Of a stretch of DNA of 64,000 bases, positions 49,186 to 62,300 are shown piece by piece. The stretch comes from Malacoraja senta (lineage: Eukaryota). The DNA is taken from contig CM075995.1 in assembly GCA_038087875.1 (NCBI GenBank), positions 8,620,001 to 8,684,000 of the forward strand, read 5' to 3'. The translations under genes and the position numbers were made by a program. Numbering within the stretch: the stretch's first letter is position 1; each line of letters starts with the position of its first letter. Below the pieces are notes generated by a model. That model had not been told where the DNA came from. It was given only the letters and a program-made list of their open reading frames with translations, and searched no databases.

Positions 49186-49464
49186 ACGTGCGGGGAAAGT
49201 GTGGTTTTTTTTTTTTTACACAGAGGGTGGTGGGTGCCTGGAACGCGCTGCCGGGGGTGGTGGTTGAAGCAGATACGACAGTGGTATTTAGACAAGCACA
49301 AGGGAAGAGCAGGGAATGGAGGGATAATGATCAAATGCACACAGATGCGATCAGTATAGCTTGGCATAAAGTTCGGCACAGACATTGTGGGCCGAAGGGC
49401 CTGTTCCTGGGCTGTACTATTCGACATTCTAAGTTCTATAACCGTTTGGAACAGAACAAGTTAC

Positions 49465-49533
49465 CTCTCCAGCGTAGTGTTTCACCCCAAAGTAGTGGTC
49501 AATCACCCTGGGCTTCACGTAGCATGGATTACT
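49465..49533 (-). CDS. MYO10: Myosin-X motor exon (SNPCYVKPRVIDHYFGVKHYAGE)
   Basis: 69 nt, ttccag acceptor, gtaact donor; contains the myosin FGVKHYAGE motif. Confidence 0.95.
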
Positions 49534-49817
49534 CTGGAAAACAAGGAATAATGTAGAATATTAATAGAACTAGTTCATACATGTTGAGTATAGGAGCAAA
49601 GAGGTCCTTCTGCAGTTGTACAGGACCCTAGTAAGACCACACCTGGAGTATTGTGTGCAGTTTTGTCAAGTCTATAGCACATTTACTAACAACTCTCGTT
49701 GACCAAAGTGCTTTACATCAGTGGAGGTACTAACATGCTACATACAATGGTACATAGATCTAACAATACATACATAAATACATACATACAGCACTCCCTC
49801 AGAGGACCTGGTGGCCG

Positions 49818-50565
49818 ATTAGGAAAAGGGGAGATGCAGCGAGACCTGGGTGTCATGGTACACCAGTCATTGAAAGTAGGCATGCAGGTGCAGCAGGCAG
49901 TGAAGAAAGCGAATGGTATGTTAGCATTCATAGCAAAAGGATTTGAGTATAGGAGCAGGGAGGTTCTACTGCAGTTGTACAGGGTCTTGGTGAGACCACA
50001 CCTGGAGTATTGCGTACAGTTTTGGTCTCCAAATCTGAGGAAGGACATTATAGCCATAGAGGGAGTGCAGAGAAGGTTCACCAGACTGATTCCTGGGATG
50101 TCAGGACTTTCATATGAAGAAAGACTGGATAGACTCGGCTTGTACTCGCTAGAATTTAGGAGATTGAGAGGGGATCTTATAGAAACGTACAAAATTCTTA
50201 AGGGGTTGGACAGGCTAGATGCAGGAAGATTGTTCCCGATGTTGGGGAAGTCCAGGACAAGGGGTCACAGCTTAAGGATAAGGGGGAAATCCTTTAAAAC
50301 CGAGATGAGAAGAACTTTTTTCACACAGAGAGTGGTGGATCTCTGGAACTCTCTGCCACAGAGGGTAGTCGAGGCCAGTTCATTGGGTATATTTAAGAGG
50401 GAGTTAGATGTGGCCCTTGTGGCTAAAGGGATCAGAGGGTATGGAGAGAAGGCAGGTACGGGATACTGAGTTGGATGATCAGCCATGATCATATTGAATG
50501 GCGGTGCAGGCTCGAAGGGCCGAATGGCCTACTCCTGCACCTAATTTCTATGTTTCTATGTTTCT
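49818..50565 (+). mobile_element. CR1 LINE 3' fragment with an open RT C-terminal frame, flanked by L2 3' fragments
   Basis: ORF 49699-50469; (tttctatg)n tail; flanks at ~49680-49810 and ~50570-50730 match the L2 at 25270-25560 in reverse orientation. Confidence 0.9.
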
Positions 50566-51708
50566 ATGACCTCAAGAAAGGCTTGAGAGTAGAAATAAGT
50601 TTTAAGTCTAGACTTAAAAGAGTTGATGGAGGGGGCAGTTCTGATGGGAAGAGGGATGCTGTTCCACAGTCTAGGAGCTGCAACCACAAAGGCACGGTCG
50701 CCCCTGAGCTTATGCCTGGACCGCGGGTCTTAGTTTTGGTCTCCAAACTTGAGGAAGGACATTCTTGCTATTGAGGGAGTGCAGCGTAGGTTCACCAGGT
50801 TAATTCCCGGGATGGCGGGACTGTCATATGCTGAGAGAATGGAGCGGCTGGGCTTGTACACTCTGGAGTTTAGAAGGATGAGAGGGGATCTTATTGAAAC
50901 ATGTAAGATTATTAAGAGAATTTACACGCTAGAGGCAGGAAACATGTTCCCGATGTTGGGGAGAGTCCAGAACCAGGGGCCACAGTTTAAGAATAAGGGG
51001 TAAGCCATTTAGAACGGAGACGAGGAAACACTTTGTAAGATTTAGTTTAGTTTAGAGATACAGCGTGGAAACAGACCATGCCTATTTCCTTCGCTCCATA
51101 GATGCTGCTGCACCCGCTGAGTTTCTCCAGCAATTTTGTCTACCTTCGATTTTCCAGCATCTGCAGTTCCTTCTTAAACACTAGTGTAGATGGGACATGT
51201 TGGTCGTGGTGGGCAAGTTGGGCTGAAGGGCCTGTTTCCGTGCTATTTCACTCCATGACTCTAAATCCGGTAAAAGATAGTCGGCGGGTCTCCAATGAGT
51301 AGTAGATGGACATTCGAAGGTAGACAAAATTGCTGGAGAAACTCAGCGGGTGAGGCAGCATCTCTGGAGCGAAGGAATGGGTGACGTTATGGGTCGAGTC
51401 CCTTCTTCAGACTGATGTGGGGGGGGCGGGAAGAAGAAAGGAAGAGGCGTAGACAGTGGGCTGTGGGGGAGCTGGGAAGGGGAGGGGATGGAGGGAGAAA
51501 GCAGGGACTACCTGAAATTGGAGGTCAATGTTCATACCGCTGGGGTGTAAACTGCCCATGCGAAATATGAGGTGCTGCTCCTCCAATTTGCGGTGGAACT
51601 CACTCTGGCCATGGAGGAGGCCCAGGACAGAAAGGTCGGATTTGTTGGTCGGCGTGGGCGAGGTGGGCCGAAGGGCCTGTTTGCATGCTGTTTGACTTTC
51701 AGACTTAC

Positions 51709-51801
51709 CGAATGCTGACTGTGCAGCTTTTCCAGCAGAGTGCTATCAGTGCCCTTTGGAAAATGGCTCTCCTCGTTGATAAGGGCCAGAATGCCCATTT
51801 T
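51709..51801 (-). CDS. MYO10: Myosin-X motor exon ([31 protein letters not shown])
   Basis: 93 nt, phase 0/0, tttcag acceptor, gtaagt donor. Confidence 0.95.
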
Positions 51802-52721
51802 CTGAAAAAGAAAGAATTTAAAATTAATTTATGAAAGCAATTTAAATTTTACCCATTAGAACGTTTTGCTGTGAGAAATACATTGTACTCAGTAAACAGC
51901 GAGGCTTGCGGACAAGTCAATCTGTCAGAAATACAACAGACTTAAAAACTAGAACATAGAGTTCTGTAGGAGCTCAGCGGGTCGGGCAGCATCTCAGCCG
52001 ACCAGCGACCACCCCATACACTAGCACAATCCTATAGGATCTTATAGAAACGTATACAATTATAAAAGGACTGGACAAGCTAGATGCAGGAAAAATGTTC
52101 CCAATGTTGGGCGAGTCCAGAACCAGGGGCCACAGTCTTAGAATAAAGGGGAGGCCATTTAAGACTGAGGTGAGAAAAAACCATTTCACCCAGAGAGTTG
52201 TGAATTTGTGGAATTCCCTGCCACAGAGGGCAGTGGAGGCCAAATCACTGGATGGATTTAAGAGAGAGTTAGATAGAGCTCTAGGGGCTAGTGGAGTCAA
52301 GGGATATGGGGAGAAGGCAGGCACGGGTTACTGATTGTGGATGATCAGCCATGATCGCAATGAATGGCGGTGCTGGTTCGAAGGGATTCCTCTTGCACCT
52401 ATTTTCTATGTTTTTATGTTTACACATTAGGGACAATTTATAATTTTACAGAAGCCAATTTACCTACAAACCCGCACGTCATTGGAATGTGGGAGGAAAC
52501 CGGAGCACCTGGAGAAAACCCACACTGCCCAAACCCCTAAGAGTTAGATAGAGCTCTTAGGGCTAACGGAGTCAAGGGATATGGGGAGAAAGCAGGAACG
52601 GGGTACTGATTGTGGATGATCAGCCATGATCACATTGAATGGCGGTGCTGGCTGGAAGGGCCGAATGGCCTACTCCTGCACCTATTGTCTTTGTTTCTAT
52701 GTTTACCTCAGTAAAAGATAG

Positions 52722-52943
52722 GTACAAAATGCTGGAGTAACTCAGCGGGTCAGGCAGCATCTGTGGAGAACATGGATAGGTGACGTTTCACAGAGCGCTG
52801 GAGTAACTCAGCAGGTCAGGCAGCATCTGTGGAGAACATGGATAGGTGACGTTTCACAGAGTGCTGGAGTAACTCAGCAGGTCAGGCAGCATCTGTGGAG
52901 AACATGGATAGGTGACATTTCAGGTTGAGACCCTTCTTCAGAC
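52722..52943 (-). repeat. 66-bp minisatellite, 3 copies, starting about 22 nt past a MYO10 donor
   Basis: Same unit with a ctgaagaagggtctcaacc core at the array start. Confidence 0.92.
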
Positions 52944-52964
52944 AGAGTAAAACATGAATGTTAC

Positions 52965-53031
52965 CTTTTCGATGAGATCCAGACACTCCCCGTTGTCGAT
53001 CCAGTCAATGTTTTCCCAAATCAATCCATCC
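52965..53031 (-). CDS. MYO10: Myosin-X motor exon (DGLIWENIDWIDNGECLDLIEK)
   Basis: 67 nt, ccctcag acceptor, AAG|gtaaca donor; matches the MYO10 motif EGLVWEDIDWIDNGECLDLIEK. Confidence 0.93.
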
Positions 53032-54274
53032 CTGAGGGAAAATAAACCCCGATCAATGAATCAAAGAGAACTACACAAGTTCTCCAGCTTGTGAATGCAA
53101 CCATTTTGATTTCCTTTTAGCTTGGAAAGGACTGCGGTTGTGAGTAGGCCCGAGGTGCTCCGCGGTTCACAGTTCGGCAGTGGGAGGCGCCCCCTAGGGT
53201 CACGGAGGCTGAGTGGAGGCCAAGGGAGTCGAGGGTCGAGGTGTGGGTGGAGTAGGCCGCTGGAGGCCCTGCAGCAGCCTGGGACTCCATTAGATCAGAC
53301 ACTGCTGGAGGCCCTGTAGCAGCCTGGGGCTCCATTAGATCAGGAGCTGCTCCAAGAGGCCGTGCGCGGGGATGAGACGAGGCCTGCAGCGGCACGGAGC
53401 GGTGGAGACAACGACAACATCGCCAATCCCTACAACTCCCACCCTGTGCCATCGCCACGACAACGGGCCTTGAGGCCAAGTTAAAACTCTACATGTTTAA
53501 CAACTTTGAACTAGAAGAGAACATGTTGCTGATGTTGGGGGAGTCCAGAACCAGGGGCCACAGTTTAAGAATAAGGAGTAAGCCATTTAGAACGGAGACG
53601 AGGAAACACTTTTTCTCACAGAGAGTTGTGAGTCTGTGGAATTCTCTGCCTCAGAGGGCGGTGGAGGCAAGTTCTCTGGATACTTTCAAGAGAGAGCTAG
53701 ATAGGGCTCTTAAAAATAGCAGAGTCAGGGGGATATGGGGAGAAGGCAGGAATGGGGTACTGATTGGGGATGATCAGCCATGATCACATTGAATGGCGGT
53801 GCTGGCTCAAAGGGCCAAATGGCCTACTCCTGCACCTATTGTCTATTGTCTATTGTCTTACGTAGAGTTAGATTTTTACTGAACTGCATGCAAAAAAGGA
53901 AATTTCACTGTACCTAGGTACATGTGAGAGCTGGAAAGGGAAGCAGAGAAGATTTACAAGGATGTTGCCAGGACTTGAGGGCCTGAGCTATAGGGAGAGG
54001 TTGAGTAGGCTGGGACTTTGGAGCGCAGGAGGATGAGGGGTGATCTCACAGAGGTGCACAAGGTCACGAGAGGAATAGATCGGGTAGATACACACAGTCT
54101 CTTGCCCAGAGTAGCGGAATCGAGAACCAAAGGACATAGGTTTAAGGTGAGGGGGAAAAGATTTAATAGGATCCTGAGGGATACCCTTTTCACACAGAGG
54201 ATGGTGGGAAGTAATTGAGGCAGGGACTATGATTAAGAAACATTTAGACACGTTCATGCATAGGACAGGTTTGG

Positions 54275-54474
54275 NNNNNNNNNNNNNNNNNNNNNNNNNN
54301 NNNNNNNNNNNNNNNNNNNNNNNNNNNNNNNNNNNNNNNNNNNNNNNNNNNNNNNNNNNNNNNNNNNNNNNNNNNNNNNNNNNNNNNNNNNNNNNNNNNN
54401 NNNNNNNNNNNNNNNNNNNNNNNNNNNNNNNNNNNNNNNNNNNNNNNNNNNNNNNNNNNNNNNNNNNNNNNNNN
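54275..54474. other. Assembly gap (200 N)
   Basis: Run of exactly 200 N. Confidence 1.
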
Positions 54475-54636
54475 CGTGCTAACCAGTCAGCGGAAAGACA
54501 ATACATGATTACAATCGAGCCGTCCGCAGTGTACAGATACAGGATAAAGGGAATAACGTTTAGTGCAAGGTAAAGTCCGATCAAAGATAGTCCGAGGGTC
54601 TCCAATGAGGTAGATGGGAGGTCAGGGCCGCTCTTT

Positions 54637-55327
54637 AGTGTAGCTGGGACATGTTTGTCAGTGTGGGCAAGTTGGGCTGAAGGGCCTGTTTTCATGCTGT
54701 ATCACTCTATGACTAGTGTAGATGGGACATGTTGGCCGGTTTGGGCAAGTTGGGCTGAAGGGCCTGTTTCCATGCTGTATCACTATGACTTGTGTAGATG
54801 GGACATGTTGGCCAGTTTGGGCAAGTTGGGCTGAAGGGCCTGTTTCCGTGCTGTATCACTATGACTAGTGTAGATGGGACATGTTGGCCAGTTTGGGCAA
54901 GTTGGGCTGAAGGGCCTGTTTCCATGCTGTATCACTCTATGACTAGTGTAGATGGGACATGTTGGCCAGTGTGGGCAAGTTGGGCTGAAGGGCCTGTTTC
55001 CACGCTGTATCACTCTATGACTAGTGTAGATGGGACATGTTGGCCGGTTTGGGCAAGTTGGGCTGAAGGGCCTGTTTCCGTGCTGTATCACTATGACTAG
55101 TGTAGATGGGACATGTTGGCCAGTTTGGGCGTTGGGCTGAAGGGCCTGTTTCCATGCTGTATCACTATGACTAGTGTAGATGGGACATGTTGGCCAGTTT
55201 GGGCAAGTTGGGCTGAAGGGCCTGTTTCCGTGCTGTATCACTCTATGACTAGTGTAGATGGGACATGTTGGCCGGTGTGGGCAAGTTGGGCTGAAGGGCC
55301 TGTTTCCGTGCTGTAACACTCTATGAC
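54637..55327 (+). repeat. 76/78-bp tandem array (about 9 units) of the CR1/HER1 3' tail
   Basis: Unit actagtgtagatgggacatgttggccagtttgggcaagttgggctgaagggcctgtttccatgctgtatcact(ct)atg. Confidence 0.93.
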
Positions 55328-55657
55328 TATATCACAATGGACTCTACACTCAACAGGACAGGAAGTGTGGAACTTTAAATGCCTTGGAAAATATGCTTGG
55401 AATGTAAACGTCCAAACAGTGGGACCCAGCACAGCGGTATGGTTACATGGAGACGTCCTCTGGGACAGGGGGGGGATGGGAAGATGGAAGAGGATTTGTT
55501 TGTACAAGTACTCCTCGTGGCTGAGAACGTGGATGTTTGCTTCATCATTGAATTACACGCTGATTAAACTGGAGCACAACTCCTAACATACTGTCGGCTG
55601 GCGTCACAGCTAGGCCTGGGAACAGCTCTGGCCAAGACCGCAAGGCACTGCAGAGTC

Positions 55658-55838
55658 ATAGATGTAGCCCAGTCCGTCACACAGACCCAGACTCCCCACC
55701 ATTGTAGATGTGGCCCAGTCCGTCACACAGACTACACTCCCCACCATTGTAGATGTAGCCCAGTCCATCACACAGACCACACTCCCCACCATTGTAGATG
55801 TGGCCCAGTCCATCACACAGACCACACTCCCCACCATT
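55658..55838 (+). repeat. 45-bp tandem repeat (about 4 units) inside a Rex1/Babar fragment
   Basis: actccccaccatt recurs at 55691, 55736, 55781 and 55826. Confidence 0.88.
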
Positions 55839-56126
55839 GACTCCGTCTACACTCCACGCTGCCTCAGGTAAAGCCTTGCATCCATGCAGTATCTCCACAC
55901 AGTTTGGGCGGCACGGTGGCGCAGCGGTAGAGTTGCTGCCTCACAGCGCCAGAGACCCAGATTCGATCCCGACCACGGGTGCTGTCTGTACGGAGTTTGC
56001 ACGTTCTCCCCGTGACCCGCGTGGGTTTTCTCCGAGATCTTCGGTTTCCTCCCACACTCCAAAGACGTGCGGGTTTGTAGGTTAATTGGCTCGGGGTAAA
56101 GGTGAAAGTGTCCCTAGTGTGTGAAG

Positions 56127-56219
56127 GTACACAAAAATGCTGGAGAAACTCAGCGGGTGCAGCAGCATCTATGGAGCGAAGGAAACAGGCAACGTTTCGG
56201 GCCGAAACCCTTCTTCAGA
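56127..56219 (-). mobile_element. 93-bp PLE-terminus mini-insertion with a 15-bp TSD
   Basis: ccctagtgtgtgaag duplicated at 56112-56126 and 56220-56234 inside a SINE. Confidence 0.85.
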
Positions 56220-58084
56220 CCCTAGTGTGTGAAGTGTGGTCGGCGCGGACTCAGTGGGCCGAAGGGCCTGTTTCCGCGCTGTATCTCTAAACGATTGGTG
56301 CTGGGCAGTTTTGGTGAAACATTCCTATCTTTCACTTGGCCCACACTACCTGCATCAGTCAACGGAGCAAAACAGAGTCACATGGAATAATTGAAGTGTT
56401 TTTAAATAACCAGCAAGCTCACTGGCGCTCATAATGGCTTTTTGTGTTCCATTGTCGAGGGCGAACACGAGTTGGGAATGAATGAAAACTTTCAGCTGAG
56501 TCCCAAACCTCGCCTGACTCTTGACGTTCACATTATATAAATCAAGTCATTTCAGTTTCGTTTTTTTAGTTCAGAGATGCAGCACGGAAACAGGCCCTTC
56601 GGCCCACTGAGTCCGTACTGACCAGCGATCCCCGCACAGGAACACTATCCTGGACACACACTAGGGAACAATTTTTTATGTTTACCAAGTCAATTAACCT
56701 GCAAACCTGCACGTCTTTGGAGTGTGGGAGGAAACCGAAGATCTCGGAGAAAACCCACGCAGGTCACGGGGAGACAATCGACAATAGGTGCAGGAGTAGG
56801 CCATTCGGCCCTTCGAGCCAGCACCGCCATTCAATGTGATCATGGCTGATCATCCTCAATCAGTACCCCGTTCCTGCCTTCTCCCCATATCTCCTGACTC
56901 CGCTATCTTTAAGAGCCCTATCTAGCTCTCTCTTGAAAGCATCCAGAGAACCTGCCTCCACCGCCCTCTGAGGCAGAGAATTCCACAGACTCACCACTCT
57001 CTGTGTGAAAAAGTGTTTCCTCGTCTCCGTTCTAAATGGCTTACTCCTTATTCTTAATCTGTGCGGCCCCTGGTTCTGGACTCCCCCAACATCGGGAACA
57101 TGTTTCCTGCCTCTAGCGTGTCCAAACCCTTAACAATCTTATATGTTTCAATGAGATCCCCTCTCATTCTTCTAAACTCCAGAGTGTACAAGCCCAGCTG
57201 CTCTATTCTCTCAGCATATGACAGTCCCGCCATCCCGGGAATTAACCTTGTAAACCTACGCTGCACTCCCTCAATAGCAAGAATGTCCTTCCTCAAATTA
57301 GGGGACCAAAACTGCACACAATACTCCAGGTGAGCACGTACAAACTCCATACAGACAAGCACCCGCAGTCGGTATCAAAGCCGGGTCCCCGGCACTGCAT
57401 TCGCTGCAAGGCAGCAACTCTACCGCTGCGCCCAGTGTGTTAGTTTAACGTGTTAAAACTAGCACATTTCCCAAAATAAAGGGAAATTGAAAGACTGATT
57501 TGTAAGCCTTGCAGAATTTGCCAAGGGGAAATGGAGGAATCAAGAACCAGAGGGCATTGGTTTAAGGTGAGAGGGGAAAAATTAATTTAGAGATACAGCC
57601 GGGAACCAGGCCCTTCGGCCCGCCGAGTCCATGCTGACCAGTGATCCCCATACACTAACACATACTAACACACACGAGGGACAATGTTTAACAGGTTTTT
57701 TTTTAACCTACAAACCTGCACGTCTTTGGAGCGTGGGGGGAAACCTGGAGAAAACCCGCGCGGTCACATGGAGAACGTACAAACTCCACACAGACAGCGT
57801 CTGTAGTCAGCATCCGATAGGGATCTCAGGGGCCACGTTCTCTCACAAAGGGTGGTGGGTGCATGGAACCAGAGCCACCAGAGGAGCTAGTTAAGGCAGG
57901 TGCTAGAAGAACATTTTAAAGGCATTGTGATAGGAAAGGTTTAGAAGGATACGGGCCAAACGCAGGCAGGTGGGACTAGTGTAGATGGGATATCATGGAT
58001 GACTTGGGCCGAAGGGATCTTCATCCATGGCCCTTGTTACCTACTAAGTCAGTATATGTCGACTCAAGGAACTGCATAGTTATA

Positions 58085-58805
58085 GAGTGACACAGCATGG
58101 AAACAGGCCCTTCGGCCCATCTTGTCCACGCCGGCCAACATGTCCCAACTACACTAGTCCCACCTGCCTGCGCTTGGTCCATATCCCTCCAAACCTGTCC
58201 TATCCATGTACATGTCCAACTACTTCTTAAACACTGGGAGAATTCCAGCCTCAACTACCTCCTCCGGCAGCTCGTTCCATACACCCACCACCCTTTGTGT
58301 GAAAAGGTGACCTCTCCGATTAAATCTATTAAATCTTTTCCCCTTCACCTTAAACCTATGTCCTCTGGTCCTCGATTCCCCTACTCTGGGCAAGAGACTC
58401 TGTGCGCCTACCCGATCTATTCCCCTCATGATTTTATACACCTCTATAAGATCACCCCTCATCCTCCTGCGCTCCAGGGAATAGAGTCCCAGCCTGCTCA
58501 ACCTCTCCCTGTAGCTCACACCCTCTAGTCCTGGCAACATCATCGTAAATCTTCTCTGAACTCTTTCCAGCTTGACAACATCTTTCCTATAACACTTTAC
58601 TCTAAATGCGGTCTCACCAACGTCTTGTACAACTGCAACATGACCTCCCAACTTCTATACTCAATACTCTGACTGATGAAGGACAAAGTGCCAAAAGCCT
58701 TGTTGACCACCTTATCTACCTGCGACTTCACCTTCAAGGAACCATGCACCTGTACTCCTAGATCCCTCTGCTCTAACACTCCCCAGAGGCCGACCATTCA
58801 CTGTG
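58085..58805 (-). mobile_element. Second CR1 subfamily 3' fragment (HER1-like); other copies at about 6600-7120, 33650-34150, 35640-36140, 47295-47870, 53930-54274
   Basis: [50 protein letters not shown]; 3' tail gggccgaagggcctgtttcc shared with the SINEs. Confidence 0.88.
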
Positions 58806-58829
58806 TAGATGCTGGTTTACTACAAGAAG

Positions 58830-59356
58830 ACACACAGAGTGCTGGAGTAACTCAGCGGGTCAGGCAGCATCTGTGGGGAACATGGATAGGTGACGTTTCA
58901 GAGTGCTGGAGTTACTCAGTGGGTCAGGCAGCATCTGTGGAGAACATGGATAGGTGACGTTTCAGGTCCTGCCTTCATCTCTCTTCCAGCTTTCTTTCCC
59001 CTCTACAATCAGTCTGAAGAAGGGTCCCGACCCAAAACGTCACCTATCCATGTTCTCCACAGATGCTGCCTGACCCACTGAGTTACTCCAGCACTCTGTG
59101 AAACGTCACCTATCCATGTTCCCCACAGATGCTGCCTGACCCGCTGAGTTACTCCAGCACTCTGTGAAACGTCACCTATCCATGTTCCGGCAGCATCTAT
59201 GGAGCGAAGGAAATAGGCAACGTTTCGGCCCGAAACCCTTCCGGGTTTCGGCCCGAAACGTTGCCTATTTCCTTCAGGGTTTCGGCCCGAAAGTTTGCCC
59301 ATTTCCTTCGCTCCACAGATGCTGCCTGACCCGCTGAGTTACTCCAGCACAGTGTG
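58830..59356. repeat. Head-to-head 66-bp arrays plus hairpin cassette (~59187-59315)
   Basis: Minus-strand units at 58830-58963 face plus-strand units at 59035-59350. Confidence 0.9.
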
Positions 59357-62300
59357 TCCGTTTGATGTGCTGTTCCTTCAGTTTATTTCCAGTCCCTTTA
59401 AACCACTCCTGATTGAAGAGGCACCAATATCAGATATCGTTGCATTTTGTTGCATCGTGGCCACCACAGACTCTGTCGCTGTAACTCTATATTCTACACC
59501 CCGGTGTTTTTCTCTCTCTGTACCACAATGTTATGCTGGCGGGAGCTTGATTGTACGCGTGCGTGTATGTTATGGTTTGGCCTGTATAGTTCTCAAAACA
59601 AAGATTTTCTCTGTAGCTTTGTTTTTGCAATGTGACAATGATAAACCGATCCCAAGACCTACTGTTTGTGCTGCTCCCATCATACTGCCTCGGGGGATCG
59701 TGACAGCAGCCTACTCGTGGCGATCCCTGGAAGCGACCAGGCCATGCACTCTGTGACGGGTCGGGCGACAATTCTGTCAACATGTTGGACGACGACAAAA
59801 GCCAACAGCGAGCTACATCGCCCGACACACGGGCGAACGATACTGCCTCGGCAAGGCCAGCAGCATAACCAAGGAGGCTCCGCAGAGAAGCAATGGGTGA
59901 CGTTTGCATAAGGGGTCGGCCATTTAGAACGGAGGTGAGGAAAAACCTTTTCACCCAGAGAGTTGTGAGTCTGTGGAATTCTCTGCCTCAGAGGGCGGTG
60001 GAGGCCGGTTCTCTGGATGCTTTCGAGAGAGTTAGATAGGGCTCTTAAAAATAGCGGAGTCAGGGGATATGGGGAGAAGGCAGGAACGGGGTACTGATTG
60101 GGGATGATCAGCCATGATCACATTGAATGGCGGTGCTGGCTCGACGGGCCGAATGGCCTACTCCTGCACCTGTCGTCTATTGTTTCTGGTTGAGACCTTA
60201 GTCAGACTCAAGGACCAGTCTCACCCCGGCCACTCCCTCTTCTCCCCTCTCCCATCGGGCACGAGGTACAGAAGTGTGAAAACGCACACCTCCAGATTCA
60301 GGGACAGTTTCTTCCCGGCTGTTATCAGGCAACTGAACCATCCTACCACAACCAGAGAGCAGTGCTGAACTACTATCTACCTCTTTGGACACCCAGGGGA
60401 CATCTTTGATCAGGCTTTGCTGGCTTTACCTTGCACTAAACGTTATTCCCTTATCATGTATCTGTACACTGTGAACGGCTCGATTGTAATCATGTATTGT
60501 CTTTCCGCTGACTGGTTAGCACGCAACAAAAGCTTTTCACTGTACCTCGATACACGTGACAATAAACTGGACTGAACACGACTCATCAGGAAGAATAGAC
60601 AATAGACAATAGGTGCGGGAGGAGGCCATTCGGCCCTTCGAGCCAGCATCGCCATTCAATGTGATCATGGCTGATCGTCCACAATCAGTACCCCGTTCCT
60701 GCCTTCTCCCCATATCCCCTGACTCTTTAAGAGCCCTATCTAGCTCTCTCTTGAAAGCATCCAGAGAACCTGCCTCCACCGCCCTCTGAGGCAGAGAATT
60801 CCACACTCACCACTCTCTGTGAGAAAAAGTGTTTCCTCGTCTCCGTTCTAAATGGCTTACTCCTTATTCTTAAACTGTGGCCCTGGTTCTGGACTCCCCC
60901 AACATCGGGAACATGTTTCCTGCCTCTAGCATGTCCAAGCCCTTAATAATCTTATATGTTTCAATAAGATTCCCTCTCATCCTTCTAAACTCCAGAGTGT
61001 ACTAGCCCAGCCGCTCCATTCTCTCAGCATATGACAGTCCCGCCATCCCCAGAATTAACCTTGTAAACCTACGCTGCACTCCCTCAAAGAACGTACAGGA
61101 GACAGAAAAACATGGCCACCAGGTTCAAGTATGGCGTCATCCTCCCGCCCTCCAAAGCCGTACAGGTTTGAAGGTTAATTAGCTTCGGTAGAATTGTAAG
61201 TTGTCCGTAGTGTGTGGAGCATAGTGCTAGCGTATAGGGTGATCGCGGGTCAGCACAGACCCGGTGGGCCGAAGGGCCTGCTTCCAGGCTGTATGACTCT
61301 GTGATTCTATTCCAAAGACATGCAGGTTTGTAGATTAACAGGCAGCAGAAGGGCCTGTCCCACTTTCACGACCTAATTCACGACCTTTTTTTACTCCTGG
61401 ACATTTTTCATCAGGGTTGAAAAAACGCCCCAGCCTACTTGATGCCACGAGTACCTACGACTATACGACCTACAACCTTGAAACATATAAGATTGTTAAG
61501 GGCTTGGACACGCTAGAGGCAGGAAACATGTTCCCGATGTTGGGGGAGTCCAGAACCAGGGGCCAAACACAGTTTAAGAATAAGGAGTAAGCCATTTAGA
61601 ACGGAGACGAGGAAACACTTTTTCTCACAGAGAGTGGTGAGTCTGTGGAATTCTCTGCCTCAGAGGGCGGTGGAGGCCGGTTCTCTGGATGCTTTCAAGA
61701 GAGAGCTGGATAGGGCTCTTAAAGATAGCGGAGTCAGGGGATATGGGGAGAAGGCAGGAACGGGGTACTGATTGGGGATGATCAGCCACGATCACATTGA
61801 ATGGTGGTGCTGGCTCGAAGGGCCGAATGGCCTACTCCTGTACCTGTTACCTATCGTATAACGACTAGCATCACGGCCTGCTACGACCTCGTGACGACCA
61901 TGCTGCGAGTATGAGTCAAGGGCAAACTCGGTAGAGGTCGTGAATTAATCCGTGAAAGTGGGACAGGCCCTCAACATGGTCTGCAGACAAAAATGCTGGA
62001 GAAACTCAGCTGGTGAGGCAGCATCTATGGAGCGAAGGAAATAGGCGACGTTTTGGGTCTGAAGACTAATGTCGAGACCCGAAACGTCACCCATTCCTTC
62101 GCTCCATAGATGCTGCCTCACCCGCTGAGTTTCTCCAGCATTTTAGATTTTCCAGCATCTGCAGTTCCTTCATTAACAGGGTCGGTAAAGTTGTCCTCCA
62201 GTGTGTAAGATAGAACTAGCTGGGTTGGCACGGAATGGGTGGGCCGAAAGGCCTGTGTCTCCAGAGTCTAAAGTCATTAGGATCGTTCGGCACAAGTCTA

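Noticed and set aside
54783..55319. Cys/Pro-rich repetitive ORFs
   Set aside because: Translations of the 76/78-bp LINE-tail array
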